Shown piece by piece: positions 24,593 through 32,000 of a stretch of DNA of 32,000 nucleotides. Origin of the DNA: Nostoc punctiforme PCC 73102 (lineage in GTDB: Bacteria; Cyanobacteriota; Cyanobacteriia; Cyanobacteriales; Nostocaceae); NCBI RefSeq assembly GCF_000020025.1, contig NC_010632.1:210001-242000 (forward strand). The letters are read 5' to 3'. The position numbers and the translations under genes are program-made. The stretch's first letter is position 1. Every line of letters starts with the position of its first letter. The notes under the pieces are model-generated. The model was not told the origin of the DNA, did not search any database, and saw nothing but the letters and a program-made list of their open reading frames with translations.

Positions 24593-24645
24593 ACTAGCAA
24601 CCTGAGCTTTGATTTTTTCAGTACTCAAGTTGCTAGTTCTTTTTT
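24593..24645 (+). terminator. Rho-independent terminator
   Basis: Stem ACTAGCAACCTGAG (24593-24606) pairs with CTCAAGTTGCTAGT (24624-24637) with one mismatch. TCTTTTTT follows at 24638-24645, 19 nt after the stop of the 136-aa gene. Confidence 0.75.
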
Positions 24646-24771
24646 GAAAGCATATTTAAACTTCTTAAGTTAGATACGAGTTCCATTTTTCAAAAAGCAC
24701 ACTAGGGTGTAATTGAATTATCGATTACACCTGTTCCCTCAGTTAACTCAACAACTAAAGAAGGCCATAGT

Positions 24772-25146
24772 ATGACTATATTAGGTATTAATAGACCTTT
24801 AGATACAACCCAGGCAAAACTGTGGGATGAGCGCGATTTATCTACAAGCGATCGCCGCCGGGAGCATCTAGAAATTCTCCTGTGCCAGAAAGTACAAATA
24901 GGTGAAGACCCCGCCTTATGTAAACAAGTGTTGAATTATTTGTATTTCTCGGCATTTCAACAGAATCTGAATCGTATTACTGTCCAAAAAGAGAAAGAAA
25001 AGTCGGTTTTTGCATCTGTACAGCAAGTGATTATTACGTCCTTTGCTATTTTAGGAATGTTTGCGTTCCTTGCCGCCGCTTCCAACAAGTCAGTTGTGCG
25101 ATCGTCTGGGGTAATCCCTCCAGCTATAGAACGGCAAGCCAATTAA
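24772..25146 (+). CDS. Hypothetical tail-anchored membrane protein (124 aa)
   Basis: ORF with a C-terminal hydrophobic helix VIITSFAILGMFAFLAAAS. No recognisable motif. Confidence 0.5.
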   Translation: MTILGINRPLDTTQAKLWDERDLSTSDRRREHLEILLCQKVQIGEDPALCKQVLNYLYFSAFQQNLNRITVQKEKEKSVFASVQQVIITSFAILGMFAFLAAASNKSVVRSSGVIPPAIERQAN

Positions 25147-25376
25147 CCAAATATTCACTTTTTCGCGCAGGCAGACAACGGAAGACTAACTGCAAGTAAT
25201 GTGGGCTGAAGTAGCTAGAGAACGCTCGGCATTCAATTCACTGCACATATTAATCATTACACCCTTTGCCATCTTACGAAGGATTGCCTTTTTTAACGGG
25301 GCGTTTCGCTCTATTAAACCATCGGCTGCTGCTAACCTGCCTGCTGTTCAAGCTCATTAAAAGGATGTCACTAAAA

Positions 25377-25409
25377 AGCTGAAAGCGCTGTTTTATAATG
25401 CTTTCAGCT
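25377..25409 (-). terminator. Hairpin terminator for the 176-aa minus-strand gene
   Basis: AGCTGAAAGC (25377-25386) pairs with GCTTTCAGCT (25400-25409). On the minus strand the hairpin is followed by TTTT (complement of 25373-25376). It lies ~32 nt downstream of the stop at 25441-25443. Confidence 0.6.
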
Positions 25410-25440
25410 TATATTACCACTCGCTCTGCTTAGGGTGAGC

Positions 25441-25971
25441 TTAATATGCTGTGTCCTTGTCGAAAGGCAAACTGTCTTCCGGCTCAAAGTTACGCAGGTC
25501 TTGCTCCATCTGCTGCCGACGTTGGACGTATGTTCTGCTAGCGCCAATCCTTTCTTGCATTTCCTGTTGACCGAAATTGATACCCATTTCAGCGTGTTTG
25601 GCTGATACTCGATTGTAGTTATCGACATCAATTTTCTTACGCCGTTCCATTTCCTCTAACCATCCAAGGCTTTTACCTTTTTTAAGCTCAGATTCAAAGT
25701 ATTCCTGTTTAAGAGAACCGTCAGGGTTAAACTGTGTTTTCTCTGTTGGGGTGAAGAAGTCGTATGCCGTGTAGACAGGCCAAGGTTCTGGGTCGGTTTC
25801 GTCTAGATGTTTCCACTCGTCATATTCTTCTTTCAATCTACGAGCATAGTCATCGACTGCTGCTGGATTTGAGCCAGTAGATATTTTTTGTTGCCTTACT
25901 TCATCTTTTAAGGTTCCATCTGAATTGAATTCTTTACGGTTCATATTTATCCAGCGTTTTATTCTTGACAT
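25441..25971 (-). CDS. Hypothetical charged protein (176 aa) with an internal duplicated motif, divergent from the giant gene
   Basis: EFNSDGTLKDE (aa 14-24) and QFNPDGSLKQE (aa 80-90). Only 48 bp separate its start from ATG 26020 on the other strand. The overlapping track ORF 25404-25631 is out of frame and rejected. Confidence 0.6.
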   Translation of the reverse strand: MSRIKRWINMNRKEFNSDGTLKDEVRQQKISTGSNPAAVDDYARRLKEEYDEWKHLDETDPEPWPVYTAYDFFTPTEKTQFNPDGSLKQEYFESELKKGKSLGWLEEMERRKKIDVDNYNRVSAKHAEMGINFGQQEMQERIGASRTYVQRRQQMEQDLRNFEPEDSLPFDKDTAY

Positions 25972-26019
25972 GATTAATTCCTCACAAGATTGATAAAAAC
26001 TTAACTAACTCCAAGTCTT

Positions 26020-29000
26020 ATGACTCTTGAATTTAAACACTTTGACACGAGAATAAATCAATGGATTCATGATGACGGAGACAAAAATAATCCTGATTCA
26101 ATTTTAACTGAGAAAATAGATAATACCCTATTAGAATCATATTTTCCAGATCAAGAGTTTTCTTTCGGACATATTGATGAATATAGTAAAGCAGAAGATT
26201 TACAAAATCATCCAGAAGGACATATTCTTTTATTATCTTCTAAAACCAGACTCCTCTATGGCTCTCCAGAATGTTTAGAAGTAATTGATAAATTATGTCC
26301 CGATAGAAAAGATAGAGGTGCTTATGGGTCGATTTTCCTAGGTGGTTGTAAAAATTCCATTAATGAAAAATTAAATATTCTAATTGTGAATGATATTACA
26401 GGAGAGAATGGAGGATTTATTAAAGATGAGGATGCTTTCAAGTTAGTGGGCGATTGTTATGGACAGATATCAACTAAACTTTATGACCGTTTGACCCAAA
26501 CAGAGCAACAACAAAATAAAGATTATCATGTTATTCAGCATCGCTTTGGTTGGACAGAAACTGATGGAGAAGATAACCAATATCGTTTTGGCAAAGGGAC
26601 TTTACGACCATATAAGTTAGATAAAGTAGAATATTTAGACCCAAAGATTAAATCCAAAATTGACTTAATCATTCCCATATCCAGTTTTAAAGGTACAGAC
26701 AAGGATAATCCTAATGGTGCTAGTAAACCCCAAATTAAACCAGGACTATATCAGCAAAAAATCTGGTTAGGTGAAAAATCGCAGTCAGAGCGAGGTCAGA
26801 CAGCCATATCACAACTGTTGGCATCATTTCCTCAAGGGATCAAAGATTTCGCTGAGGAGCTAGAGGCACAGGCTCAAAAGCTAGCCGAAAATCAGGATGA
26901 CCCAAGGATTGTTGCACAACTTTATTGTGAAAAATACGAAAAGCGTAAGGCTTTGACTGAATCACAGAAAGCATCTTTATCAAAGCAAATTACTAAGCAA
27001 GCTGGTGATGGCTCATTAGCTAAACAATTAGAACTAGTGACATCGAATGATGCTGATGGAGAATATGAGATAATCGATGAAAATAATGAATCACCGAAAG
27101 ATAATTTGTTGATGTATAAACTCATAAAGGCTGATTTAGTTGGGGGGCATAATCAGCTTTTAGAAACTGAAAAAATTAAACAAGAACTGAGTAGATTTGT
27201 CCAAAGCGAGTGGAGAGATATAGCATCTGGGAGAACTTTAATATTTGACCGAGGAATGATTATCCCATCCAAAGAACTGAAAAATGGTGAAATCTGTGTT
27301 CCTTGGATGGATGATGGAGAAAAGGTTCTTAATTTTCGTTCTCCATTCCTCAACTCTAATGGTTTATGTATATCCACTAATAAACTTGTTGATGATAGAT
27401 TAGCCCCAGATGGGGTAAATCTTAAAGGCATTATAGTAGTCAATGATGAAGATCATAAACGCATTTTAGCAAGGCTTAAGACCAATGAAATTGCGCCAAT
27501 TGAAACCGAATCAGAACGGCAAGCGCGAGATTTTGACGGTGACTGTATTGGCGTGGCGCTGGCTAGTAAATACCCTAACCTGACAGCAGAGGCAGAGCAA
27601 AGAAATCTTCCCAAAAACGCCTATTCGCCCACGGTTAAGCTCAAAAAACAATCATTTTATTTGGAAAATGGAACCCAGCCCCCATTTGAAAAAATCGCTA
27701 TTCACATGAGCGATAGCATCAGCGTGGGCATAATCAACAATCAAGTGACGGCACTGGAGGCATTAGAATCAGAAATTGAAGTACTAAAGACTTACGGTAC
27801 TTTTGAGCAGAAATCAAATTATCTAGACCAAGTTTCTAACCATTACGAAACCCTGTTTGAGCAAGAACGCCAGAAAGATCCAAAGTTAATTCGAGAAGAA
27901 TACAAGCCTTATATGCAAGGAGTTGTTGAAATTGCTCATTCTCAAAGAACTCCCGAAATTATCCAGCAAGCGATGGACATTAACCGTCAAATGTACCGGA
28001 GCATGATTGAAGAAGGATGTTATCAAAACCAAATAGCGGTTGATTTATTCAAAAGTGCTAAAAAACCTGAGATGGATAAAATCCGGGAAAACAGCCGCTA
28101 CTTGTATCGTGATGTTAATTATATTAAAGATAAAAAGTCGCCTTCAGTTTATCTAAACACGGGGATAACACCAAAGGGCTACTCACCAGTAGAATTATTA
28201 ATTAGCCAAACCAATAAATATTTCCAAGAATCACAGTTAGAATCGCGTCCCATAGTTCAGTTTAAAGACTTGTTCAAAGGGGTAGAATTTACACCACAGC
28301 AAAAATTTGCAGCGATCGCCGCGAAGTACGAGTTCGATCTGAAATTCAACGCTGCGGTTCGTGCCTCAAGGCGGCGAGAAACAGAGTCTGGCCCTAGCGC
28401 AGTTGTTCAAACGGATTCAGGAACGCAACTCGAAATTACCAATCTCACCCGTTACGGGCATCCCTTAATCTGGAAAGCCCAGACACTTAATATTCGCCTA
28501 GATGAGATTAAATTCACAAACAGTGAACGCCCCCATAAATTATTAGCAGTTGCACAGATAGATGGTGAGATTGGGGAAAATGGAAAACCCGCCTACCGCA
28601 ACCTGGGGACAGTTAGCCAACAATCTGTGACTGACCACAACCTCAAATCGGGGATGACCATGCAGGGAGCTAAACTCCTAGAACTAAAACCAGAACTTAC
28701 TAGAAGCCAAACTAAATTACTTTTCGACAAGGCACAAGAGGCGGCTCTCGCATTTTACGCTTCTATCCCAGAGTCAGAAAAACTTGCATCCGCCGCCGCC
28801 GCTTGGAATATCTGTGCATCCCGCCAGGATGAACTCGAAGTTGCACGTAAAGAAAACGCAAACCCCCAGGCGATCGCTAAAAAAGTCTCCAATTTTGCTT
28901 TCGCTGCTTTCCCCAATGAGATTATCTCCCGCTTGGAGAAACTGCAATTTAGCGAACCGAAGTTAGTCACACTTAATAATGAAGCAAATCAATTTTTGGG

Positions 29001-31200
29001 CAGAAAGTGGAACCCAGAGGAAAAACACCCCATAGAAATCAGAGCTAGCCACCACCCACCGGGACATGAACGCCACGTTTCCAGACTAATGTTTGTCCAG
29101 GATGCTGACGGCGAATATAAGGAATTCGCCATGCTCGAAACCAGGGGCGGAATGTTACCAATTGGCTCAAAGGCGCAAGCTAATTTCATTGGGGTAGAAC
29201 CTGCTACTGCCAAATCTTCTATTGGACTGCCAGGAAACGAGTCGGTTGAAATTACTATCCGTGAACTCAAGAACTTCTCTTATGCAGGACTTGTTTTTAA
29301 CGCCGAACCCGTAAACTTAGAATTTGGCACTGTGCCGATTCCTGATAAAACAGTAAAAATCAAAATTGATGCTTTGACTCTGGGGGAGTTAGACAGTGAT
29401 TCTGTCCAACAGTTAAAACAAATTGATTACCTGAAAAATGGTAATCCTCTAAAGTTAAAACTTACTTCTATCTCCGAAACTGGAGATCAAGCTTTTGTCC
29501 TGGGTGAATCTCCTAATGGGAATCTCCTCAAAATTAATAAAATTAACTTTTATGATTTTTCTGGTCAGACATTCGATGATTTGGATTACCGAAAACTGAC
29601 TATCCAAACCTCAGCTTCTAAAACCAGAGATGCCGTATTTTTAAATGGTGAACCCTTGGGGGTATTACACTTCAAAAAAGACAAAGACGCGCTCAGACAG
29701 CTTGGGCTACTCAAACCCAAACAAGTTACACCCGCGCCTGCAATCATTGAAAGTAATTTTTCTGTTATTTGCGCTCAAATTGACCCTAATACCGTCGAAT
29801 ATCCCCAGAAATGGACGAAGGAATTTCAGGCTTTTGGGACTCAATCAGTTAATTTTGAACAACAAGAGATGATTGAGAGTAGTGCGAATATTCTACATCA
29901 TATTAAAGAGCGCCCTACTTTCTTATTTTCGACAGAATCAAACAAAAAACTTGGAGTCATGGGCTTGGCTGTTGACAACCAGAAAGTTGATACTGTAACT
30001 AAATGGTTAACTGCTCAAAATGTTAAATTCTCGCTTGCCCCAACAGAAGATGTTATAAGGGAAACTAAAAAAGGTCTAGCGGTATTTAACTTGGTTGATA
30101 GCTCCATTCCTGCCAAAACTTTAGAGAGCATGGCCAAGAAATTTGGGGCTGTGATTGAAACGGATAGTGAGTATCAACAAAGAGTTAATTCCCTCGCCAC
30201 ACGACCGCAGTTTTTGAAACCTCCATCTCAATCAGCATTGTTCCCACCTCAACAAAGCGCTCAATTCCACCCAAACCAAGAGGTTCAAAATATCGCCCCT
30301 CCTGTCATCAAAGGCAAACCGATTCCGATGAACTACCCTTTAATGATGCATGGCGACACTAATCCAATACTAGTAGATACTTGCATTGATGCGATGAGAG
30401 GATATGGTCGAACTCATACCACCAGAGCTTATCAACCATACAAACAGTATGGGTTTAAGGAAGGTGATATTGCTCTGGCGACAGGCATTGATAAGCAAGT
30501 TGCCTTTCGAGTCGGTAAGCAGTATCAAATCACACCCTCTATGATTGCTGACCCCGTTTATCAACAGCAGTGGGCTGATATGGAAAAGCACTCACCCAAA
30601 GCATTACCAGAACTGTTTACCGAAAAACAGCAGGTGTGGGGACTACATATTGAACCCTTGGGGGATTATGTGGAGGGTTTTATAGTCCCGTTTCCTGAAC
30701 CACAAAATAGAGCCGCACTTGAAGCAACAGTCCAAACTCAATCAGTTACTATTGATGACTTGAGAAATTGGTACAATGCCGCAGATAAGTTAGGGAAGTC
30801 GGAGAATTACAAAAAACGCATTGTAGAAGTGGCCAATCAGTTTAAAGCTGGTGAGCAATTGTCAGCCGAAGCGTTGACAGTAATGAATAAAGATAAATTT
30901 GAACTTGAAGCCATCAGTCGGTTGACTCAAATTGCTCAAAGGATTGGCATGGTTTGGGGTAAGTCTGATGAAAATGGTACTAAAGTCCAAGGGAAAATTT
31001 ATGACTTGGCTTTCAATACCCAGCAGAGGGATTTAACTATTTTGCAGAAAAATGGGGAAGTAGTTTTAAACTTACAATCTGGCAAGGTGCAGACTAATAA
31101 AGTAACTCCACAGATATTGCAAACTTTTGAGGATGCTAATACTCAAATTGATCAAATATTAGCTAAATCTCAAACACAAAAAACAGACTTACAAAGATAG
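26020..31200 (+). CDS. Giant (1726 aa) protein with an N-terminal two-barrel (DPBB) RNA polymerase core of the RdRP/QDE-1/YonO type, plus a long C-terminal extension
   Basis: Collinear signature blocks: VIQHRFGW and YRFGKGTLRP (aa 171-197, nt ~26530-26610); IIPISSFKG (aa 217-225); VLNFRSPFLNSNGLCI (aa 436-451, nt ~27325-); IIVVND (aa 471-476); metal-binding RDFDGDCIGV with DFDGD at aa 504-508, nt 27529-27543; SVGIINNQV (aa 568-576); QIAVDLFKSAKKP (aa 671-683, nt ~28030-28068). These map onto the conserved blocks of eukaryotic-type RdRPs (Q.R.gG.KG; S..KF; RnP.lhpgD; DxDGD; lG.i.n.h; AVDf.KtG). Confidence 0.65.
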   Translation: MTLEFKHFDTRINQWIHDDGDKNNPDSILTEKIDNTLLESYFPDQEFSFGHIDEYSKAEDLQNHPEGHILLLSSKTRLLYGSPECLEVIDKLCPDRKDRGAYGSIFLGGCKNSINEKLNILIVNDITGENGGFIKDEDAFKLVGDCYGQISTKLYDRLTQTEQQQNKDYHVIQHRFGWTETDGEDNQYRFGKGTLRPYKLDKVEYLDPKIKSKIDLIIPISSFKGTDKDNPNGASKPQIKPGLYQQKIWLGEKSQSERGQTAISQLLASFPQGIKDFAEELEAQAQKLAENQDDPRIVAQLYCEKYEKRKALTESQKASLSKQITKQAGDGSLAKQLELVTSNDADGEYEIIDENNESPKDNLLMYKLIKADLVGGHNQLLETEKIKQELSRFVQSEWRDIASGRTLIFDRGMIIPSKELKNGEICVPWMDDGEKVLNFRSPFLNSNGLCISTNKLVDDRLAPDGVNLKGIIVVNDEDHKRILARLKTNEIAPIETESERQARDFDGDCIGVALASKYPNLTAEAEQRNLPKNAYSPTVKLKKQSFYLENGTQPPFEKIAIHMSDSISVGIINNQVTALEALESEIEVLKTYGTFEQKSNYLDQVSNHYETLFEQERQKDPKLIREEYKPYMQGVVEIAHSQRTPEIIQQAMDINRQMYRSMIEEGCYQNQIAVDLFKSAKKPEMDKIRENSRYLYRDVNYIKDKKSPSVYLNTGITPKGYSPVELLISQTNKYFQESQLESRPIVQFKDLFKGVEFTPQQKFAAIAAKYEFDLKFNAAVRASRRRETESGPSAVVQTDSGTQLEITNLTRYGHPLIWKAQTLNIRLDEIKFTNSERPHKLLAVAQIDGEIGENGKPAYRNLGTVSQQSVTDHNLKSGMTMQGAKLLELKPELTRSQTKLLFDKAQEAALAFYASIPESEKLASAAAAWNICASRQDELEVARKENANPQAIAKKVSNFAFAAFPNEIISRLEKLQFSEPKLVTLNNEANQFLGRKWNPEEKHPIEIRASHHPPGHERHVSRLMFVQDADGEYKEFAMLETRGGMLPIGSKAQANFIGVEPATAKSSIGLPGNESVEITIRELKNFSYAGLVFNAEPVNLEFGTVPIPDKTVKIKIDALTLGELDSDSVQQLKQIDYLKNGNPLKLKLTSISETGDQAFVLGESPNGNLLKINKINFYDFSGQTFDDLDYRKLTIQTSASKTRDAVFLNGEPLGVLHFKKDKDALRQLGLLKPKQVTPAPAIIESNFSVICAQIDPNTVEYPQKWTKEFQAFGTQSVNFEQQEMIESSANILHHIKERPTFLFSTESNKKLGVMGLAVDNQKVDTVTKWLTAQNVKFSLAPTEDVIRETKKGLAVFNLVDSSIPAKTLESMAKKFGAVIETDSEYQQRVNSLATRPQFLKPPSQSALFPPQQSAQFHPNQEVQNIAPPVIKGKPIPMNYPLMMHGDTNPILVDTCIDAMRGYGRTHTTRAYQPYKQYGFKEGDIALATGIDKQVAFRVGKQYQITPSMIADPVYQQQWADMEKHSPKALPELFTEKQQVWGLHIEPLGDYVEGFIVPFPEPQNRAALEATVQTQSVTIDDLRNWYNAADKLGKSENYKKRIVEVANQFKAGEQLSAEALTVMNKDKFELEAISRLTQIAQRIGMVWGKSDENGTKVQGKIYDLAFNTQQRDLTILQKNGEVVLNLQSGKVQTNKVTPQILQTFEDANTQIDQILAKSQTQKTDLQR

Positions 31201-31249
31201 ATTTATCCTAGAATAGCCTTTTTCAGCAATAAAAAAGGAGAAGAACGCT

Positions 31250-32000
31250 ATGGAGACAGCTAATCTAGAGCAAGCACAGGTTTCTTATAATCAAGGTTTG
31301 GCACATCTAAAGTCAGGTAATTTAGATGCAGTTATCGAGTGTTTTAGAGAGGCATTACTACTTAATCCTAATTTTGCTGAAGTTCACAATACTATAGGGA
31401 TGATTCAGTTTCAAATCGAAAAGTATGAAGGTGCAATTCAGCTTTTTGATAACGCATTGTCAATGAATCCGAATTTTGCCGAAGCTTATAATAATCGAGG
31501 ACTAGCTCGGTCAAAAATCTGTCATAAATCAGAATTCCCCAAGGTGATTGAAGATTACACTAAAGCCATTGCCCTGAATCCAAATTTAGTCCAAGCTTAT
31601 ATAAATCGCGCTGATACATACAAAAATCTAACTGGGGACAACCCAGCAGCTATCTTAGATTACAGTCAAGTAATTTCACTTGACCCAAACTGTTTATCAG
31701 CTTATATAAATAGGGCGAATATTTATTTCTTGTCTGGGGAATTAGAAAAATCACTCTCTGATTTAGAAAAGGTATTATCTCTGGATACTGATTGTGCAGA
31801 AGCATACTGTGGACGAGGAACAGTCAGATTTTATCTGGGCGATGTTGAAGGTGCTAAAAAAGATTTGTTTAAAGCTTTTGACTTGTATAAGGCGCGAGGA
31901 AATATGGTTTACTGTGCTTTTACTCGAAGTCTCATTATGGAGCTTTTTCGAGATTTTGAAGTTTATAAGGATTTGTTTGGAGTTGAAAGTGAGATAGCCA
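31250..32000 (+). CDS. TPR-repeat protein, 5' part (runs off the window end)
   Basis: ATG 31250 is preceded by AAGGAG (31236-31241). The frame is open to the window end. At least five TPR-like units carry the recurring signature LNPNFAEA(Y/H)NN(R/I)G (LLLNPNFAEVHNTIG, LSMNPNFAEAYNNRG, IALNPNLVQAYINRA, ISLDPNCLSAYINRA, LSLDTDCAEAYCGRG). It is missing from the ORF track because it has no stop in the window. Confidence 0.85.
   Translation, partial: METANLEQAQVSYNQGLAHLKSGNLDAVIECFREALLLNPNFAEVHNTIGMIQFQIEKYEGAIQLFDNALSMNPNFAEAYNNRGLARSKICHKSEFPKVIEDYTKAIALNPNLVQAYINRADTYKNLTGDNPAAILDYSQVISLDPNCLSAYINRANIYFLSGELEKSLSDLEKVLSLDTDCAEAYCGRGTVRFYLGDVEGAKKDLFKAFDLYKARGNMVYCAFTRSLIMELFRDFEVYKDLFGVESEIA

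Noticed and set aside
25404-25631. 75-aa minus-strand ORF
   Set aside because: It overlaps the 3' part of the better-supported 176-aa ORF (25441-25971) out of frame, and it runs through the terminator hairpin.
26922-30591. Short ORFs nested in the 1726-aa gene (26922-27125, 27153-27443, 28755-28970, 28784-28966, 28989-29270, 29645-29872, 30370-30591), and 31794-31997 inside the TPR gene
   Set aside because: They are shadow ORFs of a continuous 5.2-kb reading frame (or of the open TPR frame). None carries an independent signal.

Overview
AT-rich ~32 kb segment that reads as part of a conjugative or mobilisable plasmid (or ICE) of a filamentous, Nostocales-like cyanobacterium. Lineage cues are at least seven HIP1 octamers GCGATCGC (5622, 8041, 18371, 19400, 24848, 28312, 28870) and STRR-type tandem heptamers. 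All calls come from reading motifs by eye; no homology search was possible. Layout: (i) 1-9272, a plus-strand transfer-type operon. It holds a truncated ORF, a 399-aa membrane-anchored protein, a TraG/VirD4-type coupling protein, a small relaxase-fold ORF with a degenerate histidine triad, a four-helix-bundle (23S-IVS/Avd-like) gene enclosed by long G-rich/C-rich inverted arms, a 1369-aa DUF3854/Toprim protein, and a 265-aa ORF. (ii) 9269-11170, a sensor-less histidine kinase with an overlapping small membrane ORF, divergent from a NarL/LuxR response regulator. (iii) 11260-19416, a minus-strand block. It holds a MobV-type relaxase fused to a Toprim-like C-terminus, a classical AAA+ ATPase, a DUF192 gene split by an IS5-like element, a BRO-N-like ORF, two paralogous ParA/TraL-like P-loop proteins and a 202-aa membrane ORF. 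(iv) 19417-20503, a 1.1-kb structured non-coding region with hairpins and three 24-bp iterons; these are oriT and centromere candidates. (v) 20504-23880, a small RHH-like acidic protein plus a ParM/StbA-like actin-fold gene split by an IS4-like element. (vi) 24164-32000, small unknown ORFs, a 1726-aa protein and a TPR protein truncated by the window edge. The 1726-aa protein is the most interesting object. Its N-terminal ~700 aa carry, in the right order, the signature blocks of two-barrel (DPBB) RNA polymerases of the eukaryotic-RdRP/QDE-1/YonO type, including DFDGD. It sits on the side of the putative oriT opposite the relaxase gene.
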